Assembly: GCA_008632985.1 (NCBI GenBank) | Contig: QPGO01000092.1 | Location: 124,001-188,000 of the forward strand | Direction: 5' to 3' | From: Psammoneis japonica | Taxonomy: Eukaryota | Length of the DNA stretch: 64,000 nucleotides | Shown here: piece by piece, positions 51,480 to 63,746 of the stretch | How positions within the stretch are numbered: position 1 is the first letter of the stretch | Layout of the letters: each line of letters opens with the position of its first letter | Program-made: the position numbers and the translations under genes | The notes under the pieces: model-generated | The model's database searches: none | What the model was told of the DNA's origin: nothing | The model's input: only the letters and a program-made list of their open reading frames with translations

Positions 51480-52530
51480 ACCTGCTCCAACACGATTGCC
51501 CACATGCGGCCACACTCGCCCAGGCCCTTGCGGAGACCACGCCTTCGCATGCTCCAAAATGATGCATAAGGGCCCGCTGTCAAATCACATTCGCGACACC
51601 ATTTGCACCATCATCGAAACACTGGGCCCCCTTTGCTGTCCACGCCTTTCCTGCCAACAAGTCTGCCTCGGTCCTGCTGGCCTGTCAGCCGACCACCCTC
51701 CAAATCGCCCTGCCAATGTTGGTGTTCAACTCATCCCTGGTTCTGCACCACCAAATGCCCCATCCACTCACCAATTTTTGGCCATTGACATCACTGTCCT
51801 GCCAGCTCCCCTGCCTCTCCTGCACCTGGTTTGCCTGCCCCTGAAAATCCATGATCAAACAAGGCTCGCCTCAGCAGCACACGGGACAAGCTTCTTGATC
51901 GTTCTGCGTCATCCGCCAGCAGCTCTGACATCATTGACACTGTCAATCAAACTGGACTGCTCCTCCTCCCTTTCACATTTGATCATCTTGGTGGAATCGG
52001 ACATCATTTCCACATCTTCTTCTTCGGCACTTCCGCCACAACATCTTCCTCCATCCTGCCCCCCCCCCCCTCAAACCACCCTGGACAAGCCCATCTTCCC
52101 TTTCCAACTCTCAAGCATCCTTCTCTGCCTTCAACAACTCACTGCTGACACCTTCCAACCTCCTCAACCACTCCAATGCAGCCGGGAAACCACTTTTGCC
52201 GGACCGCTTTGGCTCTTCTTGTCACACTGCAACCCCTCAACTTTGGACCTTTCAAATCCTCAGCCTCAACTTTGGCTTTGCTCTCTCCAACCATCTCTCC
52301 ACATGCCAAGATCTTCTTCTTTGCCACCCCACAATTGCCAACAACCCCTCTTCTTGGCCGTCTCTCCACACTTTGGGCCCAACCTTTTTCTCTCCATCCC
52401 CAAGCGCGCTCCGAGCAGCAACCTTCCCACCACATGTTTCTCCAGATCCATCCCTTCCAATGCCACAGACCTCCACAACTTCTAAAATCCTGCAGCACCA
52501 ATCAATTGCACTCTTTGCAATGACAAAAAA
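51480..52530 (+). mobile_element. Decayed 3' fragment of a non-LTR retrotransposon with restriction-like endonuclease (CRE-like)
   Basis: C...PCGDHAFAC...SNHIRD zinc knuckle, RPANVG...LAIDITV, and in another frame LLPFTFDHLGGIG and PSTWTFQILSLN. A-rich end near 52525. TA depleted. Confidence 0.75.
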
Positions 52531-52539
52531 TTAAAAACC

Positions 52540-54830
52540 AGTGTGCATCGTCAATCCTTGCCAAGGCCCAACTGATGCCATGCTTCCACATGTTGTTGCA
52601 AAACCTCCATTTTTTGCCAAAATTCATTTCCAACTGACCAACGTCACACTGACATCATGCAAAGTTCCTGACAACTTTTGGGGTCACAAACAGAGAGTCA
52701 CATCAGGAGGAGCAGCTGCAGAGCTGTCGCCAAAATTTGTCCCTCGTGCTTTCCAGTGCAACACAGGCAAAAAGCCAGCTCCACGAAATGTCAGCTGCAT
52801 TTTCAAGCACCCAACACCATGCACAAAGCACACCTGTTGCATTCTTGCAAGACATTGTTTTAAAGAGCAGGAGACCAACAATTCTCATGTCTTGCACACT
52901 TTGTGTCTCCACTGGCAGGGGTCAAAATCTGGTCAAAACTTTAAAAAAATTGAGTTGAGTTGGTCGCACGGGATTCAAGACTCTTGACTGGGGGCACGAT
53001 GGAGAGAAATTGACCCTTTCTCATCACTGAGATGGATGACAACATCAACACAAAACCCATTGTGTGGCAACATTTGACTTTGCAGTTTGTTGTTGACCTT
53101 GTGAAAACCACTGAGTTTGCATCTTTCATGCTGGAACCAACACTGATGCACCATGAAAACTCATGGCAAGTCATGCTTTTGAGTTTTCAGATTTGACATT
53201 TTTCATCTCTGCAGCCAATCTAGAGCAGATTCACTCAAGAAAGAGAGAACTTTTGTTTGCCAAATTTGTTGTTCTATGAGATGCAGCACCAACGCACAGC
53301 TTTGTCGACATGGCTCTCAACTGCTTTTTCCTTGAACCATGCATCTGGAATTCATTGTCAACAAAATCTCTCAAACATTTTTTTTTCTGAATTGAAAATG
53401 TCACGATGGAACAATTGCAGTTGCTTCCTGAAAGTCTAAAGGTTCTTTGGAGCCAAGCACTTGTCAGTGCATGAGAGCCCTCCTTGCGCAGCATCCCTTG
53501 CTTGGGTGATCATGATGGGCCAGAGCTGCTCTTCAGTCTTGCTTGAGCCACCTCATTCTCAGTTGCCACTGGACCAATCTCCTCAGGAGCCAAAACTTGC
53601 TTGTGCCACCAACACCGCATTTGGATTTTTCAGCCTTGTTGTTGCCACTGGCTTGCTCAGTGGGCACCAAAAAGAATGTGGTGTGTGGTTGGTGGATGCA
53701 GAGTTGGCACAAACTGTGGCATTGAAAAAGACCAAGTTGGCACCTTTGTCAGCAAGTTGCCACAAAGCAAAAACAATCAAGAGAGAACACTTAGACTCCT
53801 CTCAAAGAGACCCTGATTGGCAAGTGTGCTTTTGCAAAAACAAAGATTCAGGTGCCTGTTGAAGCAACACAACAGCAGCCATCATCGGTGCAAGATTCAA
53901 TTGCTTTCCCCATGTTGTCACCACAGTGATGGTCTGTGTGCTCATCAGGAGCACAACTGCCACACCAGGTTGGAGTTCATTGGAGGGTCTGACAGCACCC
54001 CAGCTGCAACAGTGCCACAAAATCCTGAAGTCCAGGTGCCAGCACAGCAAAGTCATTGCCTGTCTTTGCAACAGTCAAAACTTTGAATTGCCACACCAGA
54101 ACAGCTGTTTTTGTTGTCCAAAAAGGAAGCAAACACAGCACACAGCATCAAAGTAAAACAGAAAACAAGTTGAAGAAAGTTTGAGCATAAAACCCCTCTG
54201 CTCTGGCAGTGGCACATGATGCATCAACAAGAAGCAACATCCAACATCTGTTGCAACACTGAACAAGTGCTTTGATCAAGCCACGGTGAACAGAGCAAGC
54301 TGCGACAATGGAAAGTCGAACAAAGGCAAAGCATCATGCTGTGACCAAGTCCATCTCTTTGAGCATGGTGCCAAGAACAGTGTCTCCACAGATCATCTTG
54401 ACAAATCGATGACCTGTTGCACAACAAGAAGAAAAGGAAATCGATTGTTCCATTGTCTCATGATCTGTGGGGGGTTGGTGTGGTTCAAATGTGTCTCCTT
54501 GTTGTGGGGTGTCTGCTGTTGCCTGTGGCACATGCACCACCATCACGGGCAGAGTGGCTTTCCTGTCCACAACAGCTTCCACCAACCAACAATTTGAACA
54601 GGGTGGTTTGGAGATGGAGTTGGTTGGATTGAAAACAGAGTTGGTGCCATGTTAGAAAGAGCTGTCCACAATTCGCGGCACACTTGCGGGTCCACCTGGC
54701 ATGGCACACTCTCTCGGAGAGCGTCCTCGTCATGATTCTACCGGCAGTTACAAGCCTCACGACTCTTCCAGAAGAGGGCTCCCGAATCGGTGTGGGAACA
54801 GGGTCCTCAGTTTTTTCATGTGCGCATCAG
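52540..54830. mobile_element. TpA/CpG-depleted decayed repeat, class not identified
   Basis: Same compositional signature as blocks 1 and 2. No recognisable domain. Confidence 0.5.
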
Positions 54831-55149
54831 TAGAAAGGAGCTGACTGTAGAGTGTGCGCAGTCAATCTTTGCCATCACAGAGATCCAAAATCCCAAAATT
54901 ACATGTACTCCCCACCGTAATGCCGGAAAGCGCAAAATCATTACCTCCTGGTTGTACTTGTAGTCAAATATTTGAATTGCTGCAGAACAGCTGTTACTCT
55001 ATCCAAAAAGTAGCGACTAGCGTCGGAATCTAACGGGAAAGAACTACAAGAACTTTGAATGTAAGACTAGCGCGTTTGCAGTCTTCCCATAAGCGACATA
55101 CCGTGCATTAATCAAATTAACTGTAATGACCAGAATAATCTCTATTGCC

Positions 55150-55743
55150 TCAGTCTCTGGGGCTTGGAGCTCCATTATCTTCGGCCTTCTGCTCAATGAA
55201 TGGAAGGAACTTGCCATTGAACGTGATAACAACACGCTTTTCACCTTGCTTTCCGGTAGTTGTACCAACGTCAAGGTAGAAATCGATTGCGCTCATGATT
55301 CCGTCACCACACTGCTCATTAATTATATGCTTGATAGCTTGGCCGTAATGTGTGATAGCTTCGTACGTACGATAAACATTCGGCTCCTTAAGAATGTCGT
55401 CATCAAAGCTTCTCATGGGAAAATCGGTTTGCATAGACTTGACGTCATCGGGTTTCAAACCGGGCAGCGCCTCTTGCAATTTCATGGCTGTTGATTCCGA
55501 TAGTTTGGTTTGCCCCAAAAGTAATTGCGCGGCATATGCATTCGTAACGCCTAGTTCAGATGCCAGCTCATCATAAGATTTGCCAGAAGCCGCCTTGACT
55601 GCCAAGACTCGTTCCACTCGTTCGGCAAGCTTGTTACTGCTAAAAGAACGCCCCGGTTGGTAGCAAGAGACGAGTCTTCTAGGGGAGGAGAGCACGTGAC
55701 GAATCGCCGTTGTCGCCATTATAACAGTGATGATGTTTCTCAT
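55150..55743 (-). CDS. cynS: Cyanate hydratase (cyanase)
   Basis: EPNVYRTYEA...YGQAIKHIINEQCGDGIMSAIDF...RVVITFNGKFLP. Start at 55743 or 55719; Arg/Ser-rich N-terminal extension. Confidence 0.95.
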   Translation of the reverse strand: MRNIITVIMATTAIRHVLSSPRRLVSCYQPGRSFSSNKLAERVERVLAVKAASGKSYDELASELGVTNAYAAQLLLGQTKLSESTAMKLQEALPGLKPDDVKSMQTDFPMRSFDDDILKEPNVYRTYEAITHYGQAIKHIINEQCGDGIMSAIDFYLDVGTTTGKQGEKRVVITFNGKFLPFIEQKAEDNGAPSPRD

Positions 55744-56123
55744 GCTGGATTCCGAAAAAGATATCTGCGAGGAACGACGAAGATCGCAAAAAGAGCCCAA
55801 AGATCGTTTTCGTGACACCGCGCGCCTCGCGCACCTGGAACTTAGCGCAAGTAGACTAGCCGGTCACACAAATCCATCCTTGTCGTGAAGGCTTAGCCTA
55901 CTCAGGACGGCAATGTTAGCTGGATTAGAGAATGACGAATTTCCGACAGCTTCATGCTCGCTCTTCGCTCTCCTTAGGTTCCTATCACGGTCACTGAGTC
56001 GAATTCGCGGTGTTCGGAGTGGGGAACCAACTCAACTCACAAAATAAAGTTCTAGTTGGTCCTTAGCAGCTGCCCTAAATCTAAAAGGACACACCTTCAA
56101 GTTTCAATGCACATGAACCTGCT

Positions 56124-56681
56124 TTAACTGGGCACGAAATGGGGATTGGCATCTCGTATTTCCTGCGGCATATTTCGCACCCAGCATCCCTTGTCTTCCA
56201 CATAATCATCGCATGCTACAACATCATATTCATATGTCGTGACGGGAGTCAAATCATACTTTTCTTCTCCATACAACGCATCACTCTTGTCGGCCGCTTG
56301 CGCTTCGGCCCTCTTTGTCTCGGCCTTGTGTTCACGCCACATTCGTTCAATTTCTTTCTTGCGATCTTCATTGTTGCGAATCGTTCGAATGTTGACATGA
56401 ATGGTTGGATTTCCTTCCGAGGGTTCAAAGGTTGGACTGTCCGTCATGTGTGGCTGTTCGTGTTTGGATTCTACAAAATGGTACGCGGCGCAATTCGTAA
56501 CACGTGCGCAGTCGACGCAGATGCACATTCTAAGAACATTGCTTCTTTTCGATTTTGAAAGCAGTCTCGCTGGACTCTGAACAAACGCTGAGGAGCTATC
56601 AAGCACCAGAGATGTAAAGAGTAACAGGAACGACGCCAATGAACTTGTGGAAAGCATGGGAGAACGGCGGTGGTGCGGCAT
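56124..56681 (-). CDS. ycf34: Nucleus-encoded Ycf34-family protein with bipartite plastid presequence
   Basis: MCICVDC...C.AYHFVE.KH.QPH...F.P...P.IHVNI...EYDVVAC. Hydrophobic signal followed by SSAFV. Start may be 56657. Confidence 0.85.
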   Translation of the reverse strand: MPHHRRSPMLSTSSLASFLLLFTSLVLDSSSAFVQSPARLLSKSKRSNVLRMCICVDCARVTNCAAYHFVESKHEQPHMTDSPTFEPSEGNPTIHVNIRTIRNNEDRKKEIERMWREHKAETKRAEAQAADKSDALYGEEKYDLTPVTTYEYDVVACDDYVEDKGCWVRNMPQEIRDANPHFVPS

Positions 56682-57123
56682 TTCGAACTCCGTTTTGCAA
56701 CAAGGCTCTTCTCACGAAGATGAATGCGCCCATGGGCGAGCGATATTTTTCGAAAATTCAACCTGACGTCATTACGCGCGTGCGAGTTCATGATTCAAAT
56801 GCAAGATATCTCTATGAATAAAGATATAAATTGTTTGTAAAGAATTTCAATGCGTTGATTTTCACAAACATATTACGCTTTGTATACAAACATTCGTTTA
56901 CTATCACGATTTTTGATTATAATACCCATGGCTCCGACAAAAATGCGCGCCAAACTCTTTTCTGATGGGACTCGATGCGGTGCAACACACTTTGAATTTC
57001 ATTCTGTGTTTACGCAGTTTTAATTCTCCGAGAAGGTAACGATGAGTTTGAGGGTTTGTTGGTTGAAGTTACGGTTGTGAAGAGCAAAGTCTGCAGTGTT
57101 ACTTTCAGCAGCGGCATTCGACA

Positions 57124-57921
57124 ATGGTTGGCCCACTTCTCCATCTCCGTCTTTCTGGATTCTTCTGTCCATGGCTCGAGGACGGCAACGAGCATGAAAG
57201 TCGCGTTGCGGCGTTTTCTCTTCAGTCAATTCCGATACGTTTGTACACAAAGGTTCGAAAACGACAAAGAAGTGAAGAGGGTGCCATGGGAGACTTCGTT
57301 ACAGGCCTTTTGGGGGATGAGTCGACCGTCTATGTTCCTGCAAACGCAACTTTAAGTGTGATTGACACACCGTTGGGACCCGCTGTTGAAATTTCATCGT
57401 CCGAGATAATTCAACACGGAGAGTGTCAGTTCAAAGACGATGCTTCGACCAATAGCATAAAGCAGTCTGAATGGTGTCATGCGAATGATTGCGCAACGGC
57501 AAATGGAGAACAAGCAAATCGAATACTGATCCCTCTCGAGAAGATTGAAACAGCAGCAAGGGGGAATGGCTGGGAGGGTATTGGCACTGGGAGATGTGAT
57601 TGTGATGTAAAGATTTATGGTCCTCCGACAGAGGATCAGCTGATTGGGTCTGGAAAGAAACTGCTACAGTTTGATGTGTTGGGACAAGAATCTTCATTTC
57701 ATCGTTTGGGACCAGATGATCTGATTGCACATTTAAACATTATGCTGAATTGGAATCGCGCCCGGCTAGCTAAGGAACAAGAGCGATTTTCATTCTGTGC
57801 TGGTTGCGGCCCTTGGCTGGCCGCAGCGAACGATTACCATGATGATGAGATTGAGAAAAGCATACCACAAGAAGAAAGATTCACGCACTCGCGTCACGGG
57901 GCGCAAGTGGCTTCGGTATGA
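57124..57921 (+). CDS. Hypothetical protein, paralog A
   Basis: 265-aa ORF. FFCPWLED, GDFVTGL.GDESTVYVP, GIGTGRCDCDVK and LLQFDVLGQ are shared with 62113-62960. Confidence 0.75.
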   Translation: MVGPLLHLRLSGFFCPWLEDGNEHESRVAAFSLQSIPIRLYTKVRKRQRSEEGAMGDFVTGLLGDESTVYVPANATLSVIDTPLGPAVEISSSEIIQHGECQFKDDASTNSIKQSEWCHANDCATANGEQANRILIPLEKIETAARGNGWEGIGTGRCDCDVKIYGPPTEDQLIGSGKKLLQFDVLGQESSFHRLGPDDLIAHLNIMLNWNRARLAKEQERFSFCAGCGPWLAAANDYHDDEIEKSIPQEERFTHSRHGAQVASV

Positions 57922-58140
57922 GAGGGCAAGGATTGAAGCTTGGTAGACTGATTGCCTCTCACTCGAAGGAAATCAGTATCGGTATTCCACAATTCATTGC
58001 GTAACTGTTTCACAAGTTTCATAGCTCTCTGGTGATCCTAGAGAGGATCCGTATACGTTTCTTTAGCTAATAGGTATTGATATGCAACTCTTCTTCTGAT
58101 CGTTAAATCTTGCCAGTGTTCGTCTCCCCTGTCACGCCAG

Positions 58141-61053
58141 CTACAAGGTGAAGCATGTAAGGCCCTCGTATCCCCATTTGTTGAATGTTTTCACTTTTGT
58201 CGCCTTCAACGTCGTTGGGTCGACCTTGATGAATAGGCGTGGATCCCGCCGCAGTGCGTAAAGGAAACCGCCCGGTCCAAATTTGAAATCATTAATCGGT
58301 ATCTTGACACTTTTATGTATAACCCAAAGATTTTCTTGGATAAGAGCGCCTGTGGTTGCATTGTACTTTGCAAGATCTCCGCTATTCTTGGTCCAAAGGG
58401 TCGATGAAGGCTTGTGGTATGCAATAAACTCTCTGCTCTGACGATACTCCGGATCTACCAAAAAGTCAAAATCCAATGGAGGGCTTGTTGCATTCATTGT
58501 CACGATTCCGATCCATTGGGCGGCATCTGTCGGTCGCCAGGCCCCGTATAGCGTATCACCCACAAACTCCAAGTCCCACATTGACCCAGCCGGGAACTCA
58601 TATGAAGAAACTTGCTTGAATGTTGATGGATCAAAGCCAATCAATCTTCTGTCTTCGCAACATTCAGAAGCGTAAATGATGCTGTTCTTGGAATCATATG
58701 CAACCGCACTAAACCCAAGGGCATGTGGAGATACCAGCTCCAGATTGACGAGATACTGTCTATTTCCAGTGTTTGGATCGATAAGTGTCATGTCATAATC
58801 CCCGCATCCGCAAGTGCTCCTGACGGAAAGCAGAACGTTGCCACATTCCCCTTCTACTTCCCCTATGGAGGTCTTCGAAACGTGCTTCATGACTTTGTTC
58901 AAATCGGTCGAGATTCCTAGGATCTTGCCCAACTTGCTACGCATGCACTTTCGAAACAGCGCTTGTCTCTCGGAGGGAGCGCTATCGTCATGATTGGAAC
59001 AAGTACGAAGAAGATTCAGCATTGCCTCGTTCAATGAGCAACCCGGATCGTCGTGGATCATGACATTCTTCACACCTGGCACATCATGATGCAAGACAGA
59101 TATGTCTTTGCTCAAATCTGTAAAGGGACATCTGTCGCAAGCATCGGGGATGCCATCTCCATCTCGATCACGGGAAAAGATTTTGATCTTGTAGGGTATC
59201 GGTGAGTCATCCAAAGCCACGCCGTCACCTCGAAACACCTCAATGGTGTATTCTCCAGAGTACGGAAGCTGTCTTATTTTCATCCGAGCAGGATCGAGAC
59301 CGGTACTCCCATCCGGACAATTCCTAGAAGTTTCGACACCTTGGTGATGGGCAATGTATTCTAGATTCTTGCCTCTTCCGCTGCCATAGTAAAGAACAAT
59401 GGTGAGGGGATCGCCATTACAATTTCCCGTTCGCTCTATTAAGAACTCGGCGGTTCTGCCAGCATGGAGAACCGCTTTCCAGCGTTGGTGGGACTTTGTT
59501 AGTTTTCTCTTTCTCGCTCTTCTCGAACAATCTAGGGTTCCGGTATAACCTAGACTACCTTTACTGTCAGTCTATGCACACGTGAAGGACAATATAACAA
59601 GTGTGAAATGAAAGAACTTAATCCAACAGACGGCAAAACCGAGAAAAGCTCACCTGGATTTCAAATTCAGACTTTACGCTATCCATATTTGCGGGGCCTT
59701 TTCCACCGAGCTGGACCGTGTACAACCCTGTGAAAGGAACCCTTCCTATTTTCAGCTGAGCTCCTCGCGAGGCGTTCTCCTGGCTACAGTGGATAGGATT
59801 CATGTTCCCGCTCACCCGTCTAACCAGTTTGAGGTCATTGCGTGAAACACCGCCTGTGTACAGGTTGATGTATAGTTCTTTGTCTGGACATATTTCGAAA
59901 TGGTTGAAAACAATCTTTAGACTCCATCCGGCATGAAGAAAAACACTGTACCACCCTTTCTTTCCTCTGGGGACCAATGAATGATAGTAGTTCGTGAGCT
60001 GTCCTCCATTGATGGCCAATTCCTTATTGTATTGAATGGCACTCGAATGAACGTAATCGTTCTAGTTCCAACCAGGAATAAGGAAATACGAGGAAGAGAG
60101 AAAACAAAGCAAATATGTTGAGTTGCGGATTGCATGAGGAGAATGATTTGAGGCCGGAAAACTTAAGCCAAGCACTACTGTCGCCTTACCTCCATCAACA
60201 AAACATACGAAAAATCGTGCACTTCAAACTCGGTTTTCTTGGAGATGATGATCACGTATTCTGCGTCATACGGAAGGCTTTGTACTGTCAATTCTGTCCC
60301 TGGATCCGTCGCATAGTCGGAGCAAAAGCGGTATCCATGATCGAAGTCCTGTACCTCCTTGACCAGTCGCTCATCAACATTGCCGTTGCCATAATTGATT
60401 CTGCGGTACAAACCAATGTCGATTGCATATTCGTCGCACCGACTGCTTCGTGCACGACGTGCGATGACTTTCAAATTCGTTCCTTGCTTCAAAGTATATG
60501 TACTATATCGATCATCCGAAGCAGCGTTAAATCGGTAGTACGGTTTTCCGTTCTCAAGCGTAGTCTCGAATATTGAAAGTTTTCGCTCTTTGTTCAAAGC
60601 CACATCGGAACTCTGATTCAACAGAATGGAAGATTCATGAGGAACACGTTTGAGATAAACCCAATACTTCTAGTTTCCTGCCTACTTACATTTATGAGCG
60701 TCTCTCGAGGCAAAATGCTTGTAATTGCTTCTCTTTGATGCGCGTTGTGTTTTGGGACTGAGTTCTTGGATCGGGAACACAAGAAAACACGTGACTACAT
60801 TGAGAGGGTAACTCTTTCGATGGTTCATGAAAAACTACAATGATTGAATTCGCTTACAGGTTTTGTTTTCTCCTCCCTGCTGTAGCTGTTGAAAATGACA
60901 GCGTTGCTGCAAAACATGCACGACAGTGAAAAAGCGGGATGGGGAACGTCAAAATGTGTCGAGGTCAACAAGGTGCTATAACGGATGTCATTGCTATCGT
61001 TTACCTGGGAGAAGGGCAAAGACGCAAGTAAATGCCTTGGTTTTGCATCTCAT
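58141..61053 (-). CDS. Multi-exon, probably secreted modular protein: three repeated domains, TSP3-like Ca-binding motif, propeller-like C-terminus
   Basis: Signal-like MRCKTKAFTCVFALLP/ATLSFSTATA. Exons about 60612-60190, 60061-59654 and 59571-58141 join in phase 0. DRDGDGIPDACDRCP. The small 5' exons are not fully resolved. Confidence 0.65.
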
Positions 61054-62112
61054 GTTCAACTTTAGTTTCGTTTATCACGTTGTCAATTTTGAGAGAGAAA
61101 AGAGAAGAACCTCAAGTCTGTAGACGTATGGTTTGTGAAGAATCCCAACGCGAAATCTGAACAAGAGAAACAAAGACATCAAAAATACTGTTAGTCGACA
61201 CGGTCGTCATAAGCCACAACAACAACGAAAAATCATAATTCTGACAACTTGATCGCATCAAGCGTAGTATTATTTACCTGTCTCTATATTCTTACCTTCG
61301 TAGACAGGACGGTCGTTCGTGTATGAACGGGTCCGTTCATCGCAGCAGCCATCATGGTTGTTGTGCGATCGGAGCGGAGAAAGAAAAATGGGGAGCTTGT
61401 GACGTGGCACGTTCGAGCTCCCAAAACGCCGAATTTACCGTGAAAATTATATTTACGGGAGAGAATTTACGACGACCGACACCTGTCGTCGTAATTTGCT
61501 GATAATTACGGCTGTAAATTGAAGGATGGAAAACAGACGTGCGATTTTTCTTGTACGAGAGTTTCTACAGGAATTTTGTGTAGAACGAAATTATATTTAT
61601 TTTACGGCCGAAATTATCGGGGTGGGAACGTGCCTGAGAGAAAGAAGAATTGTTTCATCGGGGGAAAATCAAAATGCGAACAGTCGTGTCAGCCTCTGGC
61701 TATTGTTAAGTAATTATTGTGAGCCTAATTGAGAAATGACCAAGATGAATGACATTTTTCATAGAATAATTCATACATGGTTTAATCCAATGTGTATGTG
61801 CGTACTCCTACTTCAATTTAATTAAAAAATTTAAATATTCATGAACTCACAAGCGGTACATGAAACATCCGTTGAATTTCTAATTATATTTATTCAAAAC
61901 GAATAACCAATTAAATATCATTTAACCAGAGCTCACAAATTCATACAGTACGTACCGTTAGCAAGATCGATGCATACATGCATGTGCAATCTAACAAAAG
62001 CGCGCCAATCCAAAAAATGGGACTCGATGAAAACAAATTTGGAGCAGTCGATAGTATGGTTGCCACAAAGCCTTCAAAAGTATTGTTGGATGAACAGTGT
62101 GTCGTTGACGCG

Positions 62113-62960
62113 ATGATTGGTCCTCTGCTCCATTTCCATCTTTCTCGATTCTTCTGTCCTTGGCTCGAGGACGACAACGAGAATAAAAATCGCGTCGTCA
62201 CGTTCTCTTACAGTCGATTCCAATCTGTTGGTATAGAAAGGTTCGTAGAAGAAGTAAATTTGGTGTAGTGGGAGACTTCGTCACAGGCCTTGTCGGTGAT
62301 GAATCGACAGTCTATGTTCCCGTCCCGGCAACTCTGAGCGTGATTGACTCGCCATTGGGACCCGCTGTCGAGGTTGTGTCATCTGGAATGAAACAACAGA
62401 AAGATGTTCAGTTTGAAGATGATGCTTCGGATGTTGTCGTGCAGCCTGAACGGTGTGACGAGACTGATTTCACCACGAAGAACGTAGGAGAAGAGCAACA
62501 GCTCGTAAGCAGGCTGCAAGTCCCTCTCGCCAAGATTGATGCGGTCGTCAGGGGAAACGGCTGCGATGGGATCGGCACCGGAAGATGCGATTGTGATGTT
62601 AAGGTCTTTGGTCCTCCTTCAAAAGATCAGCTGATTGGGTTTGGAAAGAACCTGCTCCAATTCGATGTGTTGGGACAAGGCATTTCTTCTCATCGCTTGT
62701 CTCCCGACGATCTGATTTCAAACCTAAACACAATGGTCAAAAGGAATCGTACCCGGCAAGCTAAAAAACAAGATGAAGAGTCAGTTTCATTCTGTGCTGA
62801 TTCCTGCGGTCCTAGTCTGTTGCAGGCTGCGCTAGACTGTTGCCTTGATGACGCGAGTGAGAGCAGCATTCCGCAAGAGGTGATAATCACGCAACGGCAG
62901 GAGCCATCAAATAATCAAGCACCTTCGATTGAGAAAGGAAAGGGACAACAAGAATCATAA
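62113..62960 (+). CDS. Hypothetical protein, paralog B (one frameshift near 62208)
   Basis: MIGPLLHFHLSRFFCPWLED, then after a 1-bp shift LQSIPICWYRKVR...GDFVTGL; colinear with paralog A. Confidence 0.7.
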
Positions 62961-63746
62961 AGGGGTAAAAGGGTGAGCAGCATCGGAGATCAATGGCGTT
63001 CACACAACAAAGTGAAATGCACGTGTTTCGAAGGGTTCGATTCAGAGTATAGATTTTGCATTCAATGTAGCCACTGTTAGTAGATTATAAATGACTCACT
63101 CCGTCCTACAAATCGCGAACTTGCTGTAGACGACGTGCTCATGTGTATTCGTCGTCTTCATGCCGGTACAATCTCTCAGCTCTGCACGGGGCGGAAAAAG
63201 AATGCACGAACCCGTTTGGTCCAAACCCGAAACACCATGGATCAGTAGGTATGTTGACACTATATCTGCAGTCCACTCAATGTATTGGATCAGGGAACCC
63301 TTCGTGGCTTTTGCACATAGTGACATCGCTTGTATGGTAGTCGTCGTCAGGCGAGTTGATGTATGATAGCCTTCTTGTGATTTTGCGAGCTCGCCGCTCT
63401 CTCAATAATCTAAAATGATGGGTTCATTACACCTCTTGGTTTCTCATCTTCAGACGAGCAGTGTGGCATGGTATCAACTTTCTAGGCAAAACAGGCTGCA
63501 ACCAGCTCTACAAGTACGAAGTACGTACATGGAGGCTGCACGTGGATAGCCATGGTCATGGATAACACTTTTTGTACGACAAAATAAGCTGTTCACCGCA
63601 TAAGAAAAGGCTTGCAGGTCAAGATACGACAGTTTCTGGTGTCATGAACGAATCAACGCCACAACGATCTGAAGTAAACAACATGACGTAAATAACTGCG
63701 AGAGTCCAAGCCACTCCGACTTGAAACACTTGACTGTTTATTCTCT

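Noticed and set aside
63096..63450. Small ORF or snoRNA between paralog B and eIF1A
   Set aside because: No recognisable protein motif, and a C-box-like ATGATG has no matching D box.
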